A stretch of 64,000 nt of DNA from Rhina ancylostomus (taxonomy: Eukaryota), in NCBI GenBank assembly GCA_030265395.1, contig JARFYF010000001.1, forward strand, positions 98,165,836 through 98,229,835, written 5' to 3'. Within the stretch, counting starts at the first letter, position 1. Every line of letters starts with the position of its first letter. The notes under the pieces were generated by a model. It saw only the letters and a list, made by a program, of their open reading frames with translations, was not told the origin of the DNA and searched no databases. Of this stretch, positions 1-11,375 are shown one piece after another. The translations under genes and the position numbers were made by a program.

Positions 1-73
1 AGAACACTAAAGATGCATTTCACTGTGTGTTTCGATGTACATGTGATTAATAAAGATGTCTTATCTTATCTTA
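1..73 (+). mobile_element. 3' end of a SINE with AATAAA and (TCTTA)n tail
   Basis: tgtgtgtttcgatgtacatgtgattaataaagatgtcttatcttatctta closely matches the reverse complement of the tail of the V-SINE at 7151-7225. Confidence 0.75.
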
Positions 74-254
74 AGGTGAAAATGATGGTTTCAGGCTGTG
101 GCTCTGCACCGAGGGGGGCTGGGCTACAGTGTAGCCACAGCAGCCAAGAGTAATGCACATAACCTGTTGATCAGTGGGCCGGGTGCCTCACTTGGAGCCT
201 ACGTTTCAAGCCAGTGAAGACCACAATGAAACAGCAATGAATTAAAAACCCCGC

Positions 255-1560
255 ATGAGATTCCATTCAAGGTTCATTCACGCCGTAGCACCAGCTGAGC
301 ATTTCAAGCAACAGCAGTGGGGGCAGGCCGGGCGAAGCACTGGTCGGATACGCACCGTGTCACTCAACTTGCACCAAGTGAACGGGGTTACTGCCACGTC
401 ATTGTCCTGCACAGAGCATCTCGTTTCCCAAACTCCCTCCCCCACCCCAGTCAGAAAGTTGACCCATTCCCTTACGAATGCATATGGACAGCTGTGATGG
501 CCCACGAGAGACTCTTGCCCCAGATGGGGCAGCCTCAGATTGCCGCCTAGGGCCAATTACAGGGGTGGTTCTGGGATGGCCGGCAATGAGCTTAGGTGCG
601 CGTGCTACCTGGGAGGCCATGGCGGAAGGTCATCTGGTGAGGGGGAGTACTGATGGCCTGCAGTCGCTCTCAGGAGACTGGGCAGACAATGAGACAATGT
701 GCTGTCGGCACACAAACCAACTGCCATTCCTTGTTTCAACCTCCAGAGCCGGAGTTGAGCTGGCTGACGACCTCCGAATCACTGGTGTCTGCTCCCTCCC
801 TGCTGCAGAGTCAGCCCTGTGCGCCACCTGAACAGGACTCAGTGGACGAAGAGGAGGGCCGTGGGTGTGGGCAGGGCCCGTCTCTGCTCCCCATCAGAAG
901 AGAGGCAGGCTCCCATCCTGGCTCCAGAAGGAGAATGAGCCGCTGACAGACAGCATCACCCCGCCCACGAGGGGAGAGCAATCGGCTGCGGTGGAGGAAA
1001 CCCCTGCTTGTGGAGAACAGGCAGGTGATCACAAGCAGAACGCCATTGCTCCTGTAGAACCACAGGTTGCTCCCCTGCATCCACGGGGAGCACCAGTCTA
1101 CTGGTGAGTGGCATCTCTCTGCTCATTGAGGACATTGACTTGCGCCCATGCAGCAGGTCCCAGATCTCAATCTTGCTCAATCTGGGTTCTGCAGCAGCCA
1201 TGGGACAAAGAAGTGCGCACGGGAGGTTGTTGCCTCCTTCCTCTGCACAACCTCCTGAGGGAATTTGCAGATGGATTTCACGTCTCTTGCCGTGCCATGC
1301 ATTCGGCCAGGCAGACCAGACGACTCGCTCGCCATCCCAGTCATTGTCTTCATCTGAGCCCTCGGAAGCAGTACGGATACGTGGAGCAACGAACACAAAA
1401 TTACTGGAGGAATTCAGTAGGTCACGTGACCCTCCCTCTGGTGAGCTCCTACAGACGATCTCCCCGCGATACGTAAACCTTGGGGCTCGTCTCTCCTGGT
1501 GCTGGTCTCCGAGGTGATGCCTTTGGGGTGTCAGGTAGACTGATGCACACTCATCCACTT
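255..1560. mobile_element. GC-rich decayed transposon-like sequence, possibly Harbinger Myb/SANT-type
   Basis: GC-rich compared with the flanks, with many overlapping broken ORFs. Minus-strand peptides RRAPRFT and VWETRCSVQDNDVAVTPFTWCKLSD weakly resemble the Myb/SANT-like domain of Harbinger elements. Confidence 0.3.
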
Positions 1561-1564
1561 CCTC

Positions 1565-2057
1565 CACAGTGGAGGCCAGATCACTGGGGACATTTAAAGA
1601 GCAGATAGACAGATATCTAATTAGTCACGGTATCAAGGGTTATGGGGATAAGGCAGGAAATTGGGGTTAATTTTTTTTTCCTCTTCCCACCCAGCCCCCC
1701 CCTGCCACTTCTCCCTTCTCATTTCCATTTCCATGGAGCAGGCTNNNNNNNNNNNNNNNNNNNNNNNNNNNNNNNNNNNNNNNNNNNNNNNNNNNNNNNN
1801 NNNNNNNNNNNNNNNNNNNNNNNNNNNNNNNNNNNNNNNNNNNNCGTACAGCAGTAGAGGCCAGATCATTGGGGACATTTAAAGAGGAGATAGACAGATA
1901 TCTAATTAGTCAAGGTATCAACGGTTATGGGGATAAGGCAGGAAATTGGGGTTAATTTCTTTCTCCTCTTCCTCCCCGCCACTTCTCCCTTCTCATTTCC
2001 ATTTCCATGGAGCAGGCTTGATGGGCCAAATGCCCTTCTTCTGCTCCTGTATCTTGG
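1565..2057 (+). mobile_element. CR1-type LINE 3' end, duplicated across a 100-N gap
   Basis: gtggaggccagatca...tttaaagagcagatagacaga...aagggttatggggataaggcagga...atgggccaaatg is a typical CR1 ORF2 end and 3' UTR. The same sequence occurs on both sides of the gap. Confidence 0.75.
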
Positions 2058-2099
2058 GATCTTGTGTGATCTCCCTCTCTCCAGTCGCCGACTCACAGT

Positions 2100-2996
2100 A
2101 AGCAAAGGATGCCAAGCTCCAGGCCAGCACTGGCTCCTTCGTGCTAGCACAGCAGAGGATGGGCCTTACACCAAACATTCAGAAGACAAAGATCCACCAC
2201 TATTCTTCTCCTGCCAGCAAACGCCGCTCCTGACAGACAGTGAGGATCCGTGGGGAGACCCTGGAAAACATGGATCACCATCCATATCTCAGAAGCCACC
2301 CTCAGCGGAAAAAGACATCGCTGCTGAAATCAACTTCTGCCACCGCTGGAAAAGAGTGTTACAAGGCCAAGGCCAAGGCCTCAGACCCAGCACCCAGCTC
2401 ATGGTCTACTGGGCAGCAGTGAGTCTCCTTGCTTTGGATATAGAGGCAACACGTTGTGGACGCAACACGTTCTCCAAGCACTGGAGAAGGAGCAGCAACA
2501 CTGCCTGTGCAAAGTCCTCCAGTGAATAGCAAATCAGAACAACATCCCCAGCAGCAAGGCTCATATCACATTCAACCATCTCTGCTGGGAGCTCACGTTG
2601 TCTGTGTGCCTGACAATACACTCCCCAAAATAGCACAATAAGCTCTGTCACAGAAAGAGTTTTCCAGAGGGACAGAGGATATTCTTGAAAATAGCGAAAT
2701 GTCCTTTTTTGCCTGTGGCCATTCAAAACAGGGAGGTGCATCCAGGAAGGCACTGAGCTCCAGGAAGGCACTGAGCACCTTGCCTCTGTGATGGAAGCAG
2801 ACCCAAATCCAAACAGTAGAAGGAGTGGTCGGCATCCCTCCCTGGCCACCCAGCTGACCTGTCAGGCATCAGCTGCCCACCCTGGCAGAGTCTGCAGGTC
2901 CTGCACAGGATTCTCCCTGAACCGCCCCCCCTCCCCCGCAACTGGGGTGGAAGTGAGCAATCCTCGACCCCGGGGAAAGTCTGAGACGAAGAAGAA
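2100..2996 (+). mobile_element. RTE-clade LINE, degenerate C-terminal ORF and 3' tail
   Basis: Frameshifted peptides IRGETLENMDHHPYLRSH, WKRVLQ..LRPSTQLMVYWAAV and AHVVCVPDNTLPK match the RTE region after the reverse transcriptase. It ends in an (AAG)n-like tail. Confidence 0.75.
2740..2777. repeat. 18-bp tandem duplication (tccaggaaggcactgagc x2)
   Basis: Seen directly, inside the RTE fragment. Confidence 0.85.
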
Positions 2997-3064
2997 TTCA
3001 CATTGTTTGTATATTCATTTGCACAACAGTAGAGTTATTTTTTACACTGACATTGTTCTTATCC

Positions 3065-3400
3065 CTATAGTACACAAAATTATGAGGACACAAATAGGGT
3101 AGATTGTAGAAACTTCTCCCCATGGCAAAGGTGCCTGTGTCTAGAGGACATAGGTTCAGGGTAAAGTGTAGGAGGTTTACAGGGGATCTTTCTTCACTCA
3201 GGATGGTTAGAATCTGGATCACACTGCCTGAGGGAGCAGTGGAGGCTGAGACTTTCACAGCATTTAAGAATGATCTAGATGAGTACATGAATTGCCAAGG
3301 CAAAGAAGCCATGGACTAAGTGCTGGGAAATGGGATTAGAATAGATGGGTTCCTGATGGTTGGTATGGACATGGTGCTGTATTTGTGCTGTATGACTCTC
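3065..3400 (+). mobile_element. CR1-type LINE 3' fragment
   Basis: ORF 3122-3319 contains SRGHRFRVK..RMVRIWITLPEGAVEAETFTAFKNDLDEYM, the CR1 ORF2 C-terminus. Confidence 0.85.
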
Positions 3401-4019
3401 CAATTTTATGAGTATATTTCAAATTTAAACAGAAATTTAAATGAGTTTACAGCTGTAACATAATAAAATGATCTTTAATCACCAATATCTTCTAAACAAA
3501 CTTGTATTTCACTGGAGCTTTATATCTTCATGGTAGGAATATTAGTAATTTGTTAAAACATTGAATCTGGCTGATTTCCTTTCATTCTGTTTATATTTAC
3601 CTTTTATATTTCTGTCTATATTACCTTTGTAATCCTATAGTGTGAGGTTAGTGAGTGGATTATTAGAGCCCATCATAATGAAAAGGCAGAGTTAATTCTA
3701 CAGCACAACTTATAAGGTTCTGAAGTTAGTTCTTTAAATATTTATTTGCAAATTCTTCCCATTTTTCAGGTGTTCAGATGACTTTTCTAATGTGATCACA
3801 GGTTGACTTTGATGTAAAAGTTCAAATACCCACAATGGGTTAAAGAATTTGCTGACACACACTAGGTTCATCTTCCATCCCATGAGGACAGACAAGAACA
3901 TTGCTCATACCCAGATTTGCACAAAACAGGAAAGGCTGTACCAGAATGAATCAAGAACAAGTTGGGACCTGATCAAAATATGCTAGTCATCTTGATTTCT
4001 TGTTTGATGTATATCATGA

Positions 4020-4210
4020 GCAAAAGATAAAAAGAATTTGCATTTATATAGCACCTCATCTCATCTCTCGGGATACATGATGGATTACTGTGGGGTGCCT
4101 TCACTGTTGCTGCATTGACAAAAATAGAAGAAATTGTCAGTGGCATTTGGGCTGTTGACAGGTTCTCATTCTGGCATTCTGCTTTTAAGAACTCGAGGAG
4201 CAATTTCTCA
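4020..4210 (-). mobile_element. Degenerate Deu-SINE/L2-tail-like element
   Basis: aaagaatttgcatttatatagcacct is the reverse complement of the L2/Deu-SINE-type 3' terminus. The rest is decayed. Confidence 0.4.
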
Positions 4211-7029
4211 TATTTCCTTTACATCTTGCTGACGGCGCACTCAGAGTTGGAGTGAGCTTCACTAAACAACTTTTATTGAGAAAATGCAAGCTCAAGGTAG
4301 TTAATAGCCTCTGACTCTAATTCTCTGTGCCTGTTATGTGAAACACTATCTTAGGGATTCAGCGAAGGTATCTTCCTTCTAAAGGTATACTTAGATATTG
4401 TTACCTTTAGTACTGTGGTTACCCTCCCACTGTATTTACCAAGGGAAATGCATAATGAAAGTCATAATGTAGAGAATAGTATCCACCATTCCTGGGGTCA
4501 GCCTTTAGAACCATGACTGAGCATAATAGAGTTCATGTTTTGTTATCCCATGGACCTGCTGAAGACAGGTCTGAAATTGTTCCAAGTGTTTTATTCTTGG
4601 CTTTGTCTATTGATAATTGCTGTTCAATACTCAATAGTGTGAACTATGCAGTAAGTCCTTTGAGAAAAGGCCACAGTACAGACTGAGTCCTGGGCACTTT
4701 GCAGGAATGATGTGCGTAGTGGCAGAAAAAGCCTTGCATAAGGTATATGTCTCTGGAGATGCTGCGAGCATTGTGTTAACCTATGTCAATGAGTCCATGG
4801 CCACATAAAATTATAAAATAAGCAACACCACCAAAATTAAATCACTTTATGCAGCCTTCATGAGCCCGTTTTTACTTTTGACAAAATACATCTAAATTTC
4901 AAAACTGCTTTGGCTTAGAAGTGACTCCTGGGATTCCTGCTCTGTGGGTGGACATTCCTCTTTGTGATTTGGCATCAAATGTTAGAGCAAATTAGATTGC
5001 AGTTTGTTTNNNNNNNNNNNNNNNNNNNNNNNNNNNNNNNNNNNNNNNNNNNNNNNNNNNNNNNNNNNNNNNNNNNNNNNNNNNNNNNNNNNNNNNNNNN
5101 NNNNNNNNNAATGTTAGAGCAAATTAGATTGCAGTTTGTTTAAATGTACATCTGGCATTCTGTGAAAACATGCTATTGGTGCTGACCTATTATTAGTGTC
5201 AAAACTGAATGTATCCCAGCAACTAACAGGAGCACAGAACATCCTAACTTTGGACCAAGAAATCTGATACACCCTTAATACTGAGCAGTCCATCAAAAAG
5301 TTGCGGCAAATGAATAGGAGTACTCAGCAAGGCGCCTGTTTGGTGCAAGATCGCTGCTTAACTACAGCAGAAAGGGAGGTGAAAACAACAAAGCTGTGCC
5401 TTGTCAGTCTCCTGGCAGAGAATATTGCTGCATGCATCCTATTCTTTGGTTTACCACCAATCTTGTTTCCTGAGGAGAAAATTGTTATGGTCTGAGTTAT
5501 TTCATTCTGATTGGTTCATTGCATGGTCTGAGACCCCTGCCCAGTCATTCAACAGCACCCGTTAAGGGGGACCAAATAGTCAAACTGCAATAGTCCCAAT
5601 GAATGTTTTGCTGGAGAGCCTATCACTGCAAAATTTGCGATGCAAAAGGCCAAGGTGCCATGTGCAATTAAGGCTTCACACACTGAAACGTCTTTCCTCC
5701 CCGTGGATGTTCTGAGGAGTGACTGCCTTGGTTGTGCTCACCTATGCTAGACTGGGATTGGAATGATGGCAGTACCATTATCTCCTGCTCCTTGAGCTCC
5801 TCCAATCCCTGTTCCTCATCTCCTGGCCCCAATCCCACAATCTCCTGATTGCCAATTCCCTGATTCCCTAGAACTCATAATTGCAAACTCCAAAATCCCC
5901 CAAGCACCCCAATCTCTCTCATGAATACCTTAACTTGTTAGATTGTGGACTGTCTCTAACTCTGTTACCTCCAAGGCCCCATTCTTTACCAACCACCCAA
6001 TAACCAGGTACTGATCTCTGGCCAGCTGAACTCACACTTACCCACACACCAAGGTCCTGATGGAGCTTGGATGTAGCAACCAGCCCCTCTCCATAAGTGG
6101 CCCAGTTGGGCCTCTAATCTTTTAAACCCTTCCCCTTGTGCGCTCCAATTGTCCCACCCCATGCCACCCCTCACACCGATTTGGACACTGGATGCCACTG
6201 GTGTGCAGTGGTGGGTCCATGACTGAGATGGTCCTTGGTGCAGCGTGCAACAAGCAGATACCATGTTATTTATGGTGCACAACCACTTCCTGTCCAGTGT
6301 TAGAGAGGGTTATGAAGTGCATTAATCACACAATAGATTTACCTCACTGAATCGGAGGAAAGAATTCTTTATCCTCAGATTTCAGTTCCTGCTGGATGAC
6401 ACAAAAACACCACCATTAAATGAAAGTCCATTCTATACAACTGTAGAATTACAGTGATGAGCTTGATACCAGTTTACTCCTGGGCAAAATTAATATTAAG
6501 CATTCTAGTGTGATTGTCTCAAAGAGCACAGATACGTTTTAAAGTAACAGTGACAACCTTTTCCCAACCCTTCCCCACTTGAGGTATTGGGTATAAATTC
6601 GACTTGGATATGCTTTATGGAGGGAACAGGCGGGATTGAATGGGCATCACCCAAACCATACTATGGTCTTTGAGTTCTAAAACATAAGGACTGTTAGTTT
6701 ATCGCAGATCCTACTCAAACAGGTCTTTTCTTACGATGGGTGGTAAAAGTCTTATATAGGGAAGGTAAAATTTACAAAAGAAATCAATCACTGCAAAGAA
6801 TTAATGTTTTCTTCAGAGGCACAAGAAATACTGCAGATGCTGGAATCTGGAGCAATATGCAGAAAGTGCTGGTTCCTCCAGCACTTTTAATGTTTTCTTC
6901 AGTTTACCACATAATCTCAAGAGGAGGGTTTAAGGGAATAGATTATTTGATTATTTTATTGCTATTTATTATATTAATAAGTATGAATTTAAATTTTGTG
7001 CACAAACTACCATACATTTTCGGACAGGG

Positions 7030-7810
7030 ATGAGGCCATTCAATGCCTTGACCCTTGTAACATTTTCTTGTCCTATCCCCATATCTCTTGATTGTTTTAA
7101 TGTCCTCAGTTTTGAACACAATCAGTGACTGAGCCTCTACAGCCCTCTCGGATAAGATAAGATAAAATATCTTTATTCGTCACGTACATCAAAACACACA
7201 TCTTTCTGTGCAGAGTGTTCTGGGAGCAGCCCGCAAGTGTCGCCACGCTTCCGACGCCAACATAGCATGCCCACAACTTCCTAACTCGTTNNNNNNNNNN
7301 NNNNNNNNNNNNNNNNNNNNNGCACCTGGAGGAAACCCACGCAGACACGGGGAGAACGTACAAACTCCTTACAGACAGCGGCCGGAATTGAACCCGGGGC
7401 GCTGGCGCTGTAAAGCATTACACTAACTGCTACACTACCATGCCTGTGGGTCAAGAATTCTGGAGGGTCACTGCCCTCTGAGTGAGGATATTTCTTCTCA
7501 TTTCTGTCCTAAATGGCCTATTCCTTCATTTGAGACTGTGACCCCTGGTTCTAGAATCATATGTTCATTTGAAAGAAGTCACATTTCATTCTTCTAACCT
7601 CAAGAAAATAGAAGCCCAGCCTACAGTCTTTCCTCCTATGGCAGACCTGCCATCCCAGGAACCAGTCTTGTGAATCTTTGCTCCATTCACTCTATAGCAA
7701 GATATCCTTTTATTACATAAGGAGACCAAAACTGTACTAAATACACCAGGTGTGGTCTCCCCAAGACCTTTATAATTGTAGTAAGATATCTTTCCACTCG
7801 TACTCAAATG
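7030..7810 (-). mobile_element. CR1-type LINE fragment interrupted by a V-SINE
   Basis: Reverse-strand CR1 motifs (gtgacccctggttctag, ccatcccaggaaccagtcttgtgaatct, ggagaccaaaactgtac). Continuity is broken at 7151-7444. Confidence 0.7.
7151..7444 (-). mobile_element. tRNA-derived V-SINE (HE1-like), near full length
   Basis: The minus strand has an A-box-like start (ggcatggtagtgtagcagttag), a B box (GGTTCAATTCC), a V-domain (tgtaaggagtttgtacgttctccccgtgtctgcgtgggtttcctcc) and a (TCTTA)n tail. Confidence 0.85.
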
Positions 7811-8079
7811 TAATGTGACAGTTTGACATATTGTTTCTTTTACTCTTAGTAAAGAGAAAAAATGGAATCCATATTTTCGATTTCCCGATATGATTGTGCT
7901 ACCTTGTCAAAGTGACTGAAGGCAATCTCATGAGGTTGCTTGGCCATGGGAGGAAGAAATGAAATAGTGGAGGGCAAAAGAATGCCTTCAGGGGAGAAGC
8001 AACCCTTGAGGTTTTCCCATTGGATAATCTACAAGGTGCCAATAAAGATTTAACTGTCAACAGCCATACAAGTTTTCTA

Positions 8080-8300
8080 CAGAGAAGAATTTAAGAGGTA
8101 GGACTAGGAGAAGACCTGATAGGTCCTCAAGTCTGCTGCGCCATTTGGTAAGATTATGGCTGATATGATCTATGGTTCCATATCTTGCCTGGCCTGTACA
8201 ACCCTTGATCCCAACATAAACCAAAAATCTCTCAGTAATCTTACAAACCTTAATCAGTTCACCCCTAAACTGATGGTTCTTCAACATGCCGAGCCCCAAT
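8080..8300 (-). mobile_element. CR1-type LINE 3' fragment, old
   Basis: Minus-strand RGELIKVCKI followed by a CR1-like 3' UTR. Confidence 0.55.
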
Positions 8301-10209
8301 TCTTTTAGCTAGTCTTGCTAAGTAAGATGTTTAGTTCAGCAGCCAACCTGTCCAAATTATAGGAAAATTGCCAGGAGAGTTTGTGATGGTTATTGGAATT
8401 ATTGGATGACCTGGATGTAACAAATTCAGCAAATTTGGAGCACTCACCCTCAATGGAATCCCCCAGGTTTCTGTGAAATAATTTACAAGGATATTGGAAA
8501 GTATTTCCGAGTCTGGATGTCACTAATTCTCCAAGAAGTAGCAAGAAGAAGTAAGTTTACAGGTGTTAAAATCTCTGGTAGCTAATATCTCAAAGGCATT
8601 CCCAAGCATAAGTAATATTTGCATCTTATTTTGGATTGAACTGCATTCAATAGAAAATTCACCGAAGGTCAATGATTCTTGCACCTTGAGCTTCAAACAT
8701 TTCTATTTCAGTACAGCAAAAAATCAGATTGCATTCTATCCTGCAAGCAAATTAAAATTTTGCTTACCCTACTAGTGAACTGTTCAAAATATCAAAGCTC
8801 ATCAGTATAAGCTTTTCATTCCGTGACGGAACTTAATTCACATATTGTTTGTATGCTGGATTCCAGCTATCAGCTACAAGATTTTACAAACCGGTTAAAC
8901 AACTGGTTTTGGAAGAGAGTTTGTTCAAGAAGTGACTATCTAATTCGGGCTCTGTTCCAGATAAATAAGGTTTGGCATCAAGTTTTCTCATGGCAAGATT
9001 GCTGAAAATAAGAGCAAGCTGCCAGGTGTGGTGTTTAGTCAGTGAAGTGGAAAACAGGGTGGTATGAGTAAAGGAGGTTTAAGTTCAATAAAAGTTGGGC
9101 ACAGATGTAGGGGAATGTTAACCCTACATACAGAGGCACCATACAGATTGTGTGTTCTTTTTTAATGGTAATGGCAGAGGAACTACCAGTGTTGTCGAGA
9201 TCATTTGATGAATACATTAAACATAAGGAAATGGAAACTTTTGAGGATTATGTATTTGGAAGTTGGTGTTACAAATTTTGTCTAGCATTTTAAATTGCTC
9301 CTTTTGCATTTGTACGACAGTAGAAGCATTTTTAAAATCTCTGCATGTTAAATGAACCTCTGTTGGTACTAATGTAAACATTCTGATGAGTATCCAAAGA
9401 TATGACCTCTGTGTGACCCCTTAACCTTGCCTGTAATTATTTGTTTGAAGACAGTATGAAGTTCCCATGCTGAGAGGGACTATAATGGTTTGCAGCTCTG
9501 TGTGCAATTGTGTACAAGGGGAGCAAGAGAGACTTTATAATAAGGAGACTACCAGATGTAAATAATAAAAATGGTTGGGGGTAAAAAGAAAAACCTAGTA
9601 ATTTAGTCCAGCCCATTACTTGGAGTACGCCAGGGAGAAATGAATGGGGGAAGGGTAAGAGGAGGGTGCATTACTCAGTGATGTGATATAGGAGCACATG
9701 AATCTCTCCTCATCTGGAGTTTTTTTTGTGTGTGTCATGTGCACACACCATTAGTGGCTCTTGGGAGGAGAGAAAACAGTCTTATCTGCCTGGTCTGATA
9801 ATCTCAATTGGCCGTATTCTGATTGATAAAAGGGAGTGTAGCTACAGAGCTTTGAATCAACTCCCAAAGGAACACAACACATTAGCCTGCCAGTGAGTCT
9901 AGTATGGAGAAAGTTACTATGCTCAGAATGAACAAGAATGGACACCAAAAGATCTGATGTGTAATTCACACTATACCTACAACCCTTTGAGCACTGGACA
10001 CACCTCTCCTTCTTGCTAAAGAAGTGAACCACAGTTTCTCAATATTACAGTATAAAGTATAATTTTAAAAAAAACTAAAATCCTCCAAATGCAGAAGACC
10101 TATTGGGTATTATAGCAAAGATCTATGTTCCAGATAGTCACACGTGGATGTGTTTTACTTTTCCAGTTGTTTCAAATCAAAATGTCGAGCATGACCTGTG
10201 CTAATCAAT

Positions 10210-11375
10210 GCAACAACAACAACTTGCAGTTACGTGGCAGCTTTCATAGAACAACATTTTCAATTCACTTCTTAGGAGCATTATCAAACAAATTTTGCAA
10301 CAAATAACTTGGGGAGATACTAGGGCAGATAACCAGAAGCTTTTCTTCAGACAAGGAAGTCTTAAAAGATGAACAAGTTTTGAGAAGGCTTTCCACAACT
10401 TGGGGCATTGGCAGCTGGTGGAGCGATTAAGTTTGGGAATGATCAATAGGCTAAAATTGAAGGAGTGCAAATATTTCAAGGGGTGAAAGGATTGGAGGAG
10501 ATTGCAGACCTAGGGAGGATGGAAGATGGTGAAGAATTTGAATATAAAGATGAGAATTTTCAATCAAGGCATTGCATAGCCAGCAGTAATGCATGAACAG
10601 AAACACTGAGCAAACAGACGTGTGTAGCAGAACTTTGGATGAGCTGAGCTTTGGAGGATAGAACAAGGAACACCCGATAAGAATGTGTAATTGAAGTCTA
10701 AGGATAACAAAGGTCTGGATGAGGGATGCAGCAGGTAAGCTGAGGCAGGGATAGAATCAACCAACGTTGATAAGGTAATGTTGACAATGTTGATAATCTA
10801 CCAATAAGGTGGAAACAAGTAGTCTTGGTGACGGCACAGGTGCAGCCCGAAACTCCTCTTGGGGTCAAAAATGACTTTGTGGTTGCAAACAGTTGCCAAA
10901 GAGATCGATGGAGATAGTGCCTGAGGTAGAGGGTTTCAAACAGGAGTCAAAGACGTGCTTCATAATTGCTAAAAATGAGGTGGAGGAAGTTTCTGCTGAT
11001 GCAGTACTGGCTATCAGACAAACTCTCTNNNNNNNNNNNNNNNNNNNNNNNNNNNNNNNNNNNNNNNNNNNNNNNNNNNNNNNNNNNNNNNNNNNNNNNN
11101 NNNNNNTTCAGGTGATGGCACCAGGGGGACAATAAGAAATAGGAGAAGACCAAAAATAGGTACTTGGGATACAGAGGTAACAGCCTGGGCCCAGAACCTG
11201 TTAGTAGGTGATCCTCTGGTTACAAATAGATGGATAGGAATGGAATTGGGTGGGTTTTATCCCACCCCATTGAACAGTGGTTGAGGAAAATGACGTGGTG
11301 TATCATGTCAAAGATCAAGAAAAAGGAGAATGGATAGGTCATCTTTGTTCCAATCACGTAGAATATCATTAATGA
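10210..11375 (-). mobile_element. L2-type LINE fragment
   Basis: Begins caacaacaacttgcagttac..., the reverse complement of the L2 tail. A purine-rich + strand with L2-like phrases follows. Confidence 0.55.

Noticed and set aside
1565-2020. Apparent ~175-bp direct repeat
   Set aside because: The copies flank a 100-N gap, so this is most likely an unmerged contig overlap or two haplotypes
1927-2529. 200-aa ORF
   Set aside because: It runs across CR1 and RTE remnants and is a chance fusion of repeat sequence
4978-5140. Direct repeat around a gap
   Set aside because: Identical 30-mer on each side of 100 Ns; scaffolding artefact
7375-7444. tRNA-like A and B boxes
   Set aside because: This is the head of a SINE continuing into a V-domain, not a tRNA gene
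8823-9005. ORF containing LNNWF, resembling homeodomain QVNNWF (MEIS2 exon 9)
   Set aside because: It lacks the HPYPSEEQKKQLAQDTGLT context and has no matching exon structure. Exon 9 must lie upstream of the window
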